A DNA stretch of 64,000 nucleotides from a phage. The notes under the pieces were generated by a model that worked only from the letters and a program-made list of their open reading frames with translations, did no database searches and was not told the origin of the DNA. A program made the translations under genes and the position numbers. Location: sequence record PZ445527.1, one strand, 5' to 3'. Below, in pieces: positions 1 through 8,950 of the stretch. Each line of letters starts with the position of its first letter. Position 1 is the first letter of the stretch.

Positions 1-1235
1 TCTTTAATGTTAGCATTACGATCATCAAGCCAACGGGATAGCGCCAAATCGTGATTCGATTCAACAATGATTGTTTGAGAAAAATCGCGCTCCATCGATT
101 CCAGCACGCGACCGGTATCGATAAGATCATCCAGAATTTTATCACGTCCAGCGGCGTACTGTTTTGCTAGGAATACACCGCTGGCGCGATTGTGATGGTT
201 GCGTGATGTAAAATCATGCACGTCATGCACGAATTGATATTTTGGTTTAAGAATATCAAGCAAGCTATTTTCGCCAGCCCATGACGCTGCGGCGCAATCG
301 TCATCTAATTTTTCGGCGTGTATGTCACCATATTGCAAGCCTAAAACATGCCCCGACGTTTCATAGCATCCGGCGGGAGTGGCGCAAATATTCAAATCGT
401 AAAACACGCCGCTTTCATCCATCGTTTCAAGCTGGCGAACAAAAAATTCTCCGTCTTCGTCGAACTCGACAACAAGCGCGCCAAAGTTATGCAGCGCCTC
501 CGCTTTCTGTCCTGCTTTCTGCTGGATGTAATTTTTTAGCGTTGCCGTTCCGGTTGAATACATACGGCGCACTACTTCACCTTTTAAAGCTGGAACGCTT
601 TCGGCGGTGATTTTAGCCGCTCCAATTGCCAGACCTTCAAGATTAAGCGCGGTTGCAGTTTCAGCGAATCCAGAAAGCGGATAGTCTGCGGTAGGTAAAA
701 CGTTAATTTCAGCCATGAAAGCAAAGCGGCGGTTATTTAAAAATACATTCTTATTGCAGATATATTTGTCAAAAGCGGAATCATATTTGATTCCGTTGGC
801 GCCCTCGCCATTTTGAAAACCGTTTTTGTTATAAATAAACTTGCTAACCAGCAAATCAGCGCCGATAAATTGGGCATATTGCTCCAGTGAGGCCAAAAAG
901 TTTTTATGCGGGAACGTATTATTCTGAATCGATGTAATAATAAAGCGTTTTCCCTGCTTTACTTCCCATTGCTCGATCGTGCTAGAAATAACTCCAGCGG
1001 CTTCAGGGCGGTCATCGTTTTTTATGGCTTTTGCTACTTTCGCCGCTTTTGGTTTCGCTGGTTTATTTGCTTCCAGCCAGTCACAAATCGCAGTGGAATG
1101 TTTTGCAGTATCGTAAACCGCTTTTGATATATCGTCGCATACTTCCAGCTTAGTAGCGCGCAGACGTTTACCGTAGAAATTGAAATCAGCGGCAAGGTTG
1201 AGGATCTGGGTTTGTTTTTCTGCGGAAATAACCAT
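1..1235 (-). CDS. metallophosphoesterase-like protein, 3' end truncated by window edge (possible T5 A1-like pre-early protein)
   Basis: Uninterrupted minus-strand reading frame from ATG at 1235 to the window start (over 410 codons), GGAG upstream; phosphoesterase-like motifs GDIH, HDVHDF, ESNHD. Not in the ORF track because no stop lies in the window. Confidence 0.5.
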   Translation of the reverse strand, partial: MVISAEKQTQILNLAADFNFYGKRLRATKLEVCDDISKAVYDTAKHSTAICDWLEANKPAKPKAAKVAKAIKNDDRPEAAGVISSTIEQWEVKQGKRFIITSIQNNTFPHKNFLASLEQYAQFIGADLLVSKFIYNKNGFQNGEGANGIKYDSAFDKYICNKNVFLNNRRFAFMAEINVLPTADYPLSGFAETATALNLEGLAIGAAKITAESVPALKGEVVRRMYSTGTATLKNYIQQKAGQKAEALHNFGALVVEFDEDGEFFVRQLETMDESGVFYDLNICATPAGCYETSGHVLGLQYGDIHAEKLDDDCAAASWAGENSLLDILKPKYQFVHDVHDFTSRNHHNRASGVFLAKQYAAGRDKILDDLIDTGRVLESMERDFSQTIIVESNHDLALSRWLDDRNANIK

Positions 1236-1332
1236 AATAATAAAACTCCATTAAAGGGATTAAAAACGTTTGTTATTGGCAAATATTGCCAGATATAACG
1301 CCTCAAATAATAGGCGTTATAATTTGCAATAT

Positions 1333-1548
1333 TTAACTAATTGGCATTAGGCTAGAACTAACCCCACAAGCAATGGCGGCTATTAAACAAAGTAAGCCCA
1401 ACCGCTTTGCTAATTTAGCTTTACGCTTAAAATAATACGAATCCAGATCATTTTGGAAGTATGCAAATAATAATGAGGCCGCCATAATAAATAAGCCTAG
1501 AATGAGGGATTCAGTAGGGTAAAAGACCATTTTAATAACTCCAGTCAA
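1333..1548 (-). CDS. small membrane protein (71 aa)
   Basis: ORF track; two hydrophobic segments. Confidence 0.45.
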   Translation of the reverse strand: MTGVIKMVFYPTESLILGLFIMAASLLFAYFQNDLDSYYFKRKAKLAKRLGLLCLIAAIACGVSSSLMPIS

Positions 1549-1586
1549 AGGAAATTATAGCGGGGAATATTCCCCGCTAATTAAAT

Positions 1587-1994
1587 TTATTCGCCTGCGG
1601 CTTGTTTTACTTCATCGGCAACGCCTAACAGCTGCGCCACGGCGTCCAGCGTTTCTAATTTTGCGCTTTCCAGGGATGCCAGATCGTCAACGTCTTTGAT
1701 AATGCCGGAATCAATGGCATGTTTTGCAATAACGCGCACGTAATGCGCTTTGCGGATAGAACTACCGCCGCCAACTTTGCGCGGCTTATCGCTTTTCTGA
1801 TACGCTTTCGCGCTGGTCAATTTTGAGCGAACGGACACGGGAGAAGTCGCGCCAACTGCTTTTGCAATTTCTCTCAGGCCGTCGCTGTTGGCGAACTCCA
1901 AGCCGTTCTCATTGATTAGCTGTTGATACATGGTAACAGCCTGCTGGGTGTTTTCTTCATTCCAAGAGAATTTTGCGGTTTTAACGTTAGTCAT
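1587..1994 (-). CDS. hypothetical protein 135 aa (possible pre-early A2-like DNA-binding protein)
   Basis: ORF track; size and position next to the A1-like gene; no motif recognised. Confidence 0.45.
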   Translation of the reverse strand: MTNVKTAKFSWNEENTQQAVTMYQQLINENGLEFANSDGLREIAKAVGATSPVSVRSKLTSAKAYQKSDKPRKVGGGSSIRKAHYVRVIAKHAIDSGIIKDVDDLASLESAKLETLDAVAQLLGVADEVKQAAGE

Positions 1995-2090
1995 GATATA
2001 AACTCCAATTAATTTAATTTAAGGGATAAGATTAACACAATGTTAATCGTTATATACCCCGAACTGCTGGGGTATATAAAGTTAACACTA

Positions 2091-2342
2091 TTACGCTACA
2101 GCTTCCCATTTTTCGTTACGTTGAACAACCTTTACAACGTCGCCGGATTTAACGCGAACGTTATAAATAGTTTTCCCGTTGTTACTCCGTTCCGTTTCAG
2201 CGTAAACCGCATCAATTACATCAAACGGCATAAGCGACGCGCCTTTAATGCGTTCGGCTTTTCCGGTTAGTTCATCCGTTTTAGTAACGAAAGGAATGAA
2301 GACGGATTGACCAATTTTCGGCGCATTAGTAACGTTTTTCAT
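2091..2342 (-). CDS. hypothetical protein 83 aa
   Basis: ORF track; GGAG 8 nt upstream of ATG; inverted repeat attacctg/caggtaat at 2378-2404 upstream. Confidence 0.45.
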   Translation of the reverse strand: MKNVTNAPKIGQSVFIPFVTKTDELTGKAERIKGASLMPFDVIDAVYAETERSNNGKTIYNVRVKSGDVVKVVQRNEKWEAVA

Positions 2343-2569
2343 AGTATAAACTCCAGTTTATTTCGTGGATTGTTCCGCATTACCTGCTAAAAAGTAACAG
2401 GTAATAAGAAAAAATCCGCTCGCCAATATAATCAATTTAAAGAACTCCACTCAGGCCGCTATATCCCGTTAGGGGGCGGGGCACATTTTGGCAAGTACCG
2501 GCCGTCAAATTGTATCAAGTTATCGCTCTTATCGAACTGGGTACATCTTAAAGCCTATCGGCTAGGGTG

Positions 2570-2773
2570 TCAAACTATTTTTTGCAGTTTTTTATGATTT
2601 TCCTTCAGGTCGATCATAATATTTCGCCAGATCATTTCTAGACCTTGCTGGCGGCCTTTCTTGTACTGCTTAAATCGATATTTTACCGATCTTTGCGCTA
2701 TTGTCAATAGCTTTCTAGTATTGCCATCCAGTTTTTTGGCTGGTTTACCAGTGACTAATAAAGTTTGTTTCAT
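2570..2773 (-). CDS. hypothetical basic protein 67 aa
   Basis: ORF track only. Confidence 0.3.
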   Translation of the reverse strand: MKQTLLVTGKPAKKLDGNTRKLLTIAQRSVKYRFKQYKKGRQQGLEMIWRNIMIDLKENHKKLQKIV

Positions 2774-3446
2774 ATCTGCGATCCCTTATAATGTAATAAG
2801 TTTGCCGCCGATAGACTTTAAGATATACCCAATTTTTAAAGAGCGCGGCGGTAAACTTCCCGCCGTGTAGTTCGTCATTGCCGCCCTACGAGATAAATAA
2901 TAACAAATGCCAAAAATGGCGCAACCTTATTTTTGTAAAGAAACGTAAAGAAAGCAAATACTCGCACCGCGTCCGGCGATTGCCCAAGTTTAAAGGAAAC
3001 GGGCGCGCGGATACCATAAAATCCAGCAGATAGGCAAGTAATTTTTTCATTTATATTTGCCTTGCCCTACTTGATTTTTCTAGAATCCATCAGGTGACGA
3101 TAAACGGGCTATCCCTTTATGATGGGATACCTGAAAAATTTACCTCGTTGTAGGACGTTTTAGGCCGCTTATTTTCGAGTTAACAAATATTTAACAAAAG
3201 CAAAATTGAAAAATAGTTGTAAAAGGTATTGACTTTTAAAAATCAAGATTAAACGAGTTATTTTATAAAATTAATTAATTGACTTTTATTTGTTGTTGTG
3301 TACTAGAAAGATAGCAGACTAATAATTACTAGAATGATAATCATGCTGGTGGATTGTAACAGCCTGAACCATTAGCAGACTACTAATTCCGGAAAATCTC
3401 ATTAGCCAACTAACTATTTCCTGAGTTATAATATAAACATAAATTA

Positions 3447-3610
3447 ATGAGAAATAATAACTATAAAAATAATCACCATTATAATAATAACTATAAAAAT
3501 AATAACTATAAAAATAATCGCCATTATAATAATAATTATAAAAATAATCGCCATTATAATAATAACTATAAAAATAATCACCATTATAATAATAACTATA
3601 AGAAACTATC
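3447..3610. repeat. about 4.5 tandem copies of a 30-bp AT-rich unit (aataactataaaaataatcRccattataat)
   Basis: Direct reading of 3456-3590; copies differ at 1-2 positions, one half-copy inserted. Confidence 0.85.
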
Positions 3611-3639
3611 GGTCTAAGTGAGAATCACTATCATTTAAG

Positions 3640-3721
3640 TTATTCACAAAGTTATCCACAGCACAAAATGATTTGACACGATAGGCGGCGATATAAGGGC
3701 TTATCCACAGACTTATCCACA
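3640..3721 (+). promoter_or_regulatory. cluster of four DnaA-box matches (ttattcaca 3640-3648; ttatccaca 3652-3660, 3701-3709, 3713-3721)
   Basis: Matches to DnaA box consensus TTATNCACA, three perfect TTATCCACA. Confidence 0.6.
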
Positions 3722-3731
3722 GGTTTTCCTA

Positions 3732-3747
3732 CTGTATAAATATACAG
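3732..3747. promoter_or_regulatory. LexA (SOS) box-like palindrome CTGTATAAATATACAG
   Basis: CTGT-N8-ACAG with AT-rich spacer, flanked by ta...gg; immediately downstream of DnaA boxes. Confidence 0.55.
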
Positions 3748-3963
3748 GGTAAAAAGGTAGTGTTAACGACTGCAATCAATTTTAAGCGGCCTAAATCGCT
3801 TTCTAACGAGCTAAATGATGCGGGGTAATATTAAAGTAAAGCCTCCACCCGTTGCCCTGGGTGAAGGGTATTGATATTTCTACTTTTACCGTTAACAACG
3901 AAAACGAGTAATAATTAACCTAATGTAAAGTTTTGTAAAGGTCGCCATAATCGGTGGCTTTTT

Positions 3964-3972
3964 TGTTATAAT
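3964..3972 (+). promoter_or_regulatory. candidate extended -10 promoter (TGtTATAAT) for the small-gene cassette
   Basis: TATAAT at 3967-3972 with TG at -15/-14; weak -35. Confidence 0.3.
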
Positions 3973-4031
3973 GCCCCTACACCGTTTGAGGACGGTTGAA
4001 AATTTTCCCAAAAAAATTTTGGAGGCTTAAA

Positions 4032-4262
4032 ATGGTTGCGTATTCTTCTTCTGACGCTCTTTTCACTGGAAAAGGCTGGGTATCAAATCGCTGGATCATT
4101 CAAGAAATGGTGCGGGAGTTCGGCATTGCTAAAACTTACACTACCATTCAGGCGCTTTATGATAATGATCAAATCGATCAGCAAACGGCGGGCTTTTTGC
4201 TGGATACCCTGAAGGCGGAACATTGTACTAAAAAACAAGCCGCCAAAATTGCTTTAATGTAA
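4032..4262 (+). CDS. hypothetical protein (about 76 aa)
   Basis: ORF track frame 3996..4262; start moved to ATG 4032 preceded by GGAGG at 4021-4025. Confidence 0.5.
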   Translation: MVAYSSSDALFTGKGWVSNRWIIQEMVREFGIAKTYTTIQALYDNDQIDQQTAGFLLDTLKAEHCTKKQAAKIALM

Positions 4263-4270
4263 CTAATAAC

Positions 4271-4289
4271 GGGGCGTTATTTTCGCCCC
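4271..4289 (+). terminator. GC-rich stem-loop (ggggcg-ttatttt-cgcccc), possible terminator
   Basis: Perfect 6-bp GC stem right after stop at 4262; no clear U-tract. Confidence 0.35.
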
Positions 4290-4310
4290 ACTAACTAGGG
4301 GGGAATGAAA

Positions 4311-4457
4311 ATGGTTATTTTTCGATCAATTCTGGCGGGTATCTTGGGCGCTGTTTTATCACTTTTTGCCATAGCTTTCGGCGTTCACGCGGTTATTGTT
4401 GGCGCGGGTATCGCCGTTTTTTCTTATTTGCTGGGCTGCATGAGTAAAGGGGAATAA
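4311..4457 (+). CDS. small membrane peptide (48 aa)
   Basis: ATG at 4311 after gggggga; hydrophobic sequence MVIFRSILAGILGAVLSLFAIAFGVHAVIVGAGIAVFSYLLGC; below ORF track size cut-off. Confidence 0.45.
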   Translation: MVIFRSILAGILGAVLSLFAIAFGVHAVIVGAGIAVFSYLLGCMSKGE

Positions 4458-4459
4458 AA

Positions 4460-4672
4460 ATGATCCGCAACGTTTCTCTTGCTCGTTCGAAAGGCTTTAA
4501 GCTGGTGGACGTTAACACGTTCGAGCGGGAAGATTGTAAAATTGAATATATAGCACGGAATAAAAACGCCTTCCGTGTTACTGAAAAGAAATTCGATAAG
4601 CGCGGCAACGTGATCGCTGAAACGGTTAGACACTTTGCCACCTTTTACGCGGCCTTTCGTGGGGTACTATGA
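4460..4672 (+). CDS. hypothetical protein 70 aa
   Basis: ORF track; aagggga upstream; start overlaps previous stop. Confidence 0.5.
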   Translation: MIRNVSLARSKGFKLVDVNTFEREDCKIEYIARNKNAFRVTEKKFDKRGNVIAETVRHFATFYAAFRGVL

Positions 4673-4794
4673 AAAGCGTTGTTATTGTTATCCTTGCAAT
4701 GGTTGGCGGTTTTACCGCCACCTTATTTAAGAATGATCCCCTTTCATTGGGGATTTTTATGCTTTTATCTGGTTACCTGATTGGGAGGTTATAA
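4669..4794 (+). CDS. small membrane peptide (41 aa)
   Basis: ATG at 4669 overlapping previous stop (ctATGa); hydrophobic MKSVVIVILAMVGGFTATLF... Confidence 0.4.
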   Translation: MKSVVIVILAMVGGFTATLFKNDPLSLGIFMLLSGYLIGRL

Positions 4795-4795
4795 A

Positions 4796-5140
4796 ATGGT
4801 AATTTATGAAGGCAATCGCTTTGTTACTAATTGCCGCCCGGCATTGTTAGCAAACTACTTAAACCAGCTTTCTCCTGAATATAAGGGCGTTGTTAATATT
4901 TACGAGGGAAAAGCGCATTATAAGATTAATGCGGTCGTTGCCCGTGAACTAGCGTTTCAATTTTTGACCTTTGCATCTTGTGATATTCAGGTCATGGGGG
5001 AGGCGTTAATCGCAGAAAATGAAAATGATTTTATTAATATTTTTCGCAAAGTATGCACCGAGCGCCTGATAATGAAAGGCGCATATATTCAATCCACTGC
5101 GGATAGTATTGAAACAGCGTTTCGAAAGGTGGCACAATGA
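4796..5140 (+). CDS. hypothetical protein (114 aa)
   Basis: ORF track frame 4781..5140; ATG 4796 preceded by GGGAGG. Confidence 0.5.
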   Translation: MVIYEGNRFVTNCRPALLANYLNQLSPEYKGVVNIYEGKAHYKINAVVARELAFQFLTFASCDIQVMGEALIAENENDFINIFRKVCTERLIMKGAYIQSTADSIETAFRKVAQ

Positions 5141-5155
5141 AATTATATATTTTCG

Positions 5156-5434
5156 TTGGTAATAGTAAGGCAGCTAATGATTCCGCTGGGGGCGATAACG
5201 TTCGCCACTATTGGCAAAAATATATTTACTAGGGTTATTATGAGCAATAAAATTATTATAACTAAAACTACCACAATGGTAGACGTTTTTTACGTGCCCG
5301 ATACGCCGGAAAACCGGCAAGCGGTCGAGCGGGGTGATTATGGTAGCGTTATTTATGATGCCGATGGCTATTATCGGCATTTGGTCGATTCCTATGGGGA
5401 AGAGGAGAAGATCACGCATCGACTACCAGACTAA
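5156..5434 (+). CDS. hypothetical protein, start uncertain (possibly internal ATG near 5240)
   Basis: ORF track; acidic C-terminal half; followed by a GC hairpin at 5441-5470. Confidence 0.35.
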   Translation: MVIVRQLMIPLGAITFATIGKNIFTRVIMSNKIIITKTTTMVDVFYVPDTPENRQAVERGDYGSVIYDADGYYRHLVDSYGEEEKITHRLPD

Positions 5435-5469
5435 TAATAACGGGGCGCAACTATCAGGGAGTGCCCCCA

Positions 5470-5516
5470 ATTCTCAAATGAGAATCATTCTCAAATGAGA
5501 ATGATTCTCATTTGAC
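5470..5516. repeat. imperfect palindromic repeats built on tctcaaatgagaatCattctca
   Basis: Direct reading; same aatgagaat motif family recurs at 5840-6030. Confidence 0.7.
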
Positions 5517-5707
5517 CGCGCCCGCGATGGTTAGCCTGCTAATGATTAGGGTGTTACGTGTCGCCTTGTGTGATCGTTAGCTCGCTAACTAATTTTCAAG
5601 CCTCCTCCAATTTTGCCCTTGTTTTAGTATCCCCGCCAAAATTAAACGCGTTAGAATGCGATTCAGGACGTTTTAGCGGTATATTAGAATTATTCACTGC
5701 ATAGGAA

Positions 5708-5727
5708 TACTGTATAAATATACAGTA
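5708..5727. promoter_or_regulatory. LexA (SOS) box, 20-bp consensus-like tACTGTATAAATATACAGta
   Basis: CTGT-N8-ACAG with TA flanks; second copy of the 16-mer at 3732-3747. Confidence 0.6.
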
Positions 5728-5747
5728 GAATAACCTGGGGATAAGTC

Positions 5748-5817
5748 TGTGGATAACGCTTCAAAATGGCTAGGATTCTGTCAAGTCAAATCGTGCTGTT
5801 GATAAGTCTGTGGATAA
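5748..5817 (-). promoter_or_regulatory. two DnaA boxes in inverted orientation (tgtggataa at 5748-5756 and 5809-5817), each within gataagtctgtggataac
   Basis: Reverse complement of TTATCCACA; the 18-bp context is the inverse of cttatccacagacttatcc at 3700-3718. Confidence 0.6.
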
Positions 5818-5839
5818 CTTAAATAACAGTGTTTCTCAC

Positions 5840-6030
5840 TTCCGTTTTTAAATGCGAATCATTATCATTCGTATTCCACTATCTAACCGATAATCATTCC
5901 ACTTTTTAAATGAGAATCGTTTCACTTCTTGAATAGTTCTCATTCCCTTTCTTAAATGCGAATAATTATCATTCGCATTTCACTTTTTAAATGAGATTGA
6001 TTCTCATTATCATTCGCATTCAGGCGAGCA
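5840..6030. repeat. cluster of degenerate repeats (ttttaaatgMgaat / tcattatcattcg units)
   Basis: Direct reading: at least 4 copies of ttttaaatg[c/a]gaat and 3 of (t)cattatcattcg. Confidence 0.65.
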
Positions 6031-6050
6031 GGGCAATTGCCCTGCGCTTT

Positions 6051-6653
6051 TGTGCAAATCCGACATCTGCTCCAAGGGTTACGTGCTGGCGTGTATGTGC
6101 AAATCCGACAATTTTTGGTAGTGTGCAAATCCGACCCGAAAAATTTTTATAGTGTGCAAATCCGACGACGAATCTGTCTCCCAAAAACTCCAGCAATCAC
6201 GAACTGCGTTCGAATCCTGTGGGATATGTGCAAATCCGACATGGTTTTTCTAGGATTAAGATGTGCGAATCCGACAAGATTTTTGTGACTTCGATTGAAG
6301 GGTGTGTGATTGTGTGGGTTTGAGGAGAAGATGAGAGAGCGAGAGAAATTTTGGGACTAGAAGGATGTGGGCGCAGGATTGGTGCGGAGCACCTGATTTG
6401 CGGGGATTTTGGGGAAGATGTGGGATAATTTGGGAAGATTTGAGATAGGTGCAGAAAAAGTGAAATTTTATTAGCAAAATGGGGCAAAATAGCTTGACAA
6501 GTGAAAATTTCTGTGGCTCTAAAAACTCAGGCAATCATGGGCCTTCGGCCCGAAATAATGCTGCTATTTTCAGGAGAGTAGGAGTTCCTAAAAACTTAGG
6601 CGTTTGTGCAAATCCTACCATAAATTTCTAGAATATCAATGTGCAAATCCGAC
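6051..6653 (+). repeat. iteron-like array: 8 dispersed direct copies of TGTGCAAATCCGAC (6051, 6106, 6122, 6153, 6227, 6263 variant, 6605 variant, 6640)
   Basis: Six exact 14-mers plus two 1-mismatch variants, all same orientation, in non-coding DNA. Confidence 0.85.
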
Positions 6654-6689
6654 AGTAATTTCTGGAAATGTGTTTTCGAAAAATGTCTC

Positions 6690-6790
6690 CTAGAAATAAC
6701 CGCCCTCCCTATAACCGCCCTATATTAACCGCCTATTGCTAGAGTTTCTAGGAACAATGAAAACCGCCTGAGTTGACTAAAGTTTTCATA
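6690..6790 (+). repeat. four copies of a short aaccgcc(c/t) motif
   Basis: ataaccgccct, tataaccgccct, attaaccgcct, aaaaccgcct within 100 bp. Confidence 0.5.
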
Positions 6791-7189
6791 AAAACTTAGG
6801 AGTCTAGAAGAAAGTGTTGTGCCATCCTAGCAGATGAGCGGCAACAGGTGTATCATCTTGAATGTAAATTATATGGTCAAAAGTTTTACTTTTATTTTAA
6901 ATATAAGATCCCCCAGGGTTCTCATATAGAGCTTTGCCCCCGCCAGAAGGTCTCGTGATGTTTCTAGCAATTTATATTAAATTACTTATTAACTTGTCCT
7001 GTCGCTCCGTATCCTCCGCTACAAGTTAGTAATTTTAAATTACTGAACCACCACACCTTCTGTGTGGCAACTCTAAATGGTTAATTCTATTAACTCATAG
7101 AGTTATGATAACATACATTTAGCTATCTGTCAACGAAAGTTTGTATTTGAGTCTCGGTACAGGTATTGTGCACCGAGACATGCAGAGTA

Positions 7190-8074
7190 TTATAATAATT
7201 CTTGGTATGCTTTTTGATACGCCTCAGTATCTGTAGGTGTATCTTTTGCTAACGCAATTAGTTCATCTGTTATCTGAACATTCGTACTATAACGTTGGTG
7301 GAACTCTTCTGGGATTTCTAGGTATCTATTTATGAACGCTGCAGCAAGCGGTGTAACTAACCCAATTTCTAGGGATAACTTAACTTGTTTCTCATAAATT
7401 AAATATTGAGAGTCAGATGGGGTTGGTGGGGTTACATCAACTTTTTCTGGTTCTTTTTCTGGAAGCAATGGATTGTTATACAATGCTTCATCTGGAAGCA
7501 CAGATTTACGCTCTTTAAATATATAAGTTTCTAGATCCGATGCTTTAGATCCTGAGTAAACAGCGAAGATGCTAGCTTTACCTTGAGATGCCCTAACTGG
7601 TAAGTAACTAGTAGGATAGCTCCTTAATGCATCGTGGAATGGACTTCCTGAGTATTTGTACGTATCCCCATAGAGATCATCAATATTCATTCGTTCATCT
7701 TCAAAGATATGGAAAGAGCTAAATGATGGAATGGTGAAGTATTCCATCTGTAACCCATAAACTAAGAAACGATGTGCATATGCGCTAATCTTTAAGACTG
7801 TAAATGCTTTCTCACCTTCTTTATAAGAATTGCCCTTTGAAGTAACTTGATAACGCTTACAAAACATCTCTACTAGACGTTTCTCATTAATATTGAGTGA
7901 GGAATATAAACGTCCATTTAGCCCTAGAAGGGCATCAAACATAAATGCTAACTTATCTTTTTCTTCTTGGGACAGTTCTGGAAATGGTAATACTTTCGCA
8001 TTAGGAACATTATTGTTCTCTTTAGGTTTTGTTTTACCAGCATTTTGTCTTAGCTTATCTTTAAAGTTATACAT
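7190..8074 (-). CDS. hypothetical protein 294 aa
   Basis: ORF track; first gene of the long leftward block. Confidence 0.6.
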   Translation of the reverse strand: MYNFKDKLRQNAGKTKPKENNNVPNAKVLPFPELSQEEKDKLAFMFDALLGLNGRLYSSLNINEKRLVEMFCKRYQVTSKGNSYKEGEKAFTVLKISAYAHRFLVYGLQMEYFTIPSFSSFHIFEDERMNIDDLYGDTYKYSGSPFHDALRSYPTSYLPVRASQGKASIFAVYSGSKASDLETYIFKERKSVLPDEALYNNPLLPEKEPEKVDVTPPTPSDSQYLIYEKQVKLSLEIGLVTPLAAAFINRYLEIPEEFHQRYSTNVQITDELIALAKDTPTDTEAYQKAYQELL

Positions 8075-8153
8075 TATTATCTCCCGTTTTTAAGGTCTGG
8101 ATGACCTTCTTTTTATTTTAGAGCCTCCATAGAGGCTCGTGTATTAGGAATTA

Positions 8154-8765
8154 TTAATCCTTTTTACTTTCGTTAATAACAGCCCCTAATGCTTCCATAA
8201 TTGCATCTTCTAAACTTCCATGTTTATCAGGATTGCTTAAGTGAATAGTATAAACAGAATTCCTAGAAACTCCAGAGTCCGCTGGTGCTACGCTTTTCAT
8301 GTCAGATTCAAAAGCTTCTTGAGTATGTTTCAATTGTACAGAAGGTCCATAATCTTCACCAACTCGGTAGGACTGATTAGACGACAGTGTACCACCACAT
8401 GGAACATTGTGCAAATCCGACGTTATTTTAGGGCTGTTCCACATTGTAATTGGCCCTGACTGCCACGGATCTCGAATAGTCACAGGAGTACTAGGACGGT
8501 TAACCTCAGTCTTCACAAGTTTATAGCCAGCATCGATTAGTGTATTAATTAGATTATCAGCTGGGATGCGAGCTTTGCCAAAGATCTTACGAGCGTTGTT
8601 GAGCCTACCTTCAAAATCTTTACATGCTTTAATATTAGTGTGCGCAAAGGTTAGCTTCATAGATTTGAACTGTACAGTGGCAGTTAAATCTTTAAAAGCA
8701 TAATCCCACGTATTCAGTTCATGATCTGGTACTACTTGAATAGATTGCTGTGCATATAAAGTCAT
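8154..8765 (-). CDS. hypothetical protein 203 aa
   Basis: ORF track; contains one copy of TGTGCAAATCCGAC at 8408-8421. Confidence 0.6.
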   Translation of the reverse strand: MTLYAQQSIQVVPDHELNTWDYAFKDLTATVQFKSMKLTFAHTNIKACKDFEGRLNNARKIFGKARIPADNLINTLIDAGYKLVKTEVNRPSTPVTIRDPWQSGPITMWNSPKITSDLHNVPCGGTLSSNQSYRVGEDYGPSVQLKHTQEAFESDMKSVAPADSGVSRNSVYTIHLSNPDKHGSLEDAIMEALGAVINESKKD

Positions 8766-8950
8766 TATTTATTCTCCAGTTTGTCTAACATCTTATGAGC
8801 TGCTAGGTTATATTGTTTAAGTTCACGATTAAGGATTTGGTTCTCACACTTTAGTTCTAGGTTCTCCTTGTTAAGGAGATTGCAGATTAGTAGAAGTGCT
8901 AGTATAACTAGCAGAGAACCTACGAGCATTAAAAGAAAAAGAGTTTCCAT
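8765..8950 (-). CDS. small membrane protein 61 aa
   Basis: ORF track; N-terminal hydrophobic helix; overlapping stop/start. Confidence 0.5.
   Translation of the reverse strand: METLFLLMLVGSLLVILALLLICNLLNKENLELKCENQILNRELKQYNLAAHKMLDKLENK

Noticed and set aside
281-1127. Plus-strand ORFs 281..610, 348..539 and 906..1127
   Set aside because: Antisense to the long uninterrupted minus-strand frame 1..1235, which has a start codon, SD and enzyme-like motifs.
3447-3610. 30-bp tandem repeats considered as a CRISPR array
   Set aside because: Units are directly adjacent with no unique spacers, are extremely AT-rich and non-palindromic, and no cas genes are nearby.
6037-6534. ORFs 6037..6288 (+), 6197..6487 (-), 6256..6534 (-) in the repeat region
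   Set aside because: They run through the TGTGCAAATCCGAC array and the purine-rich tract, have no ribosome-binding sites and a repeat-driven low-complexity composition.
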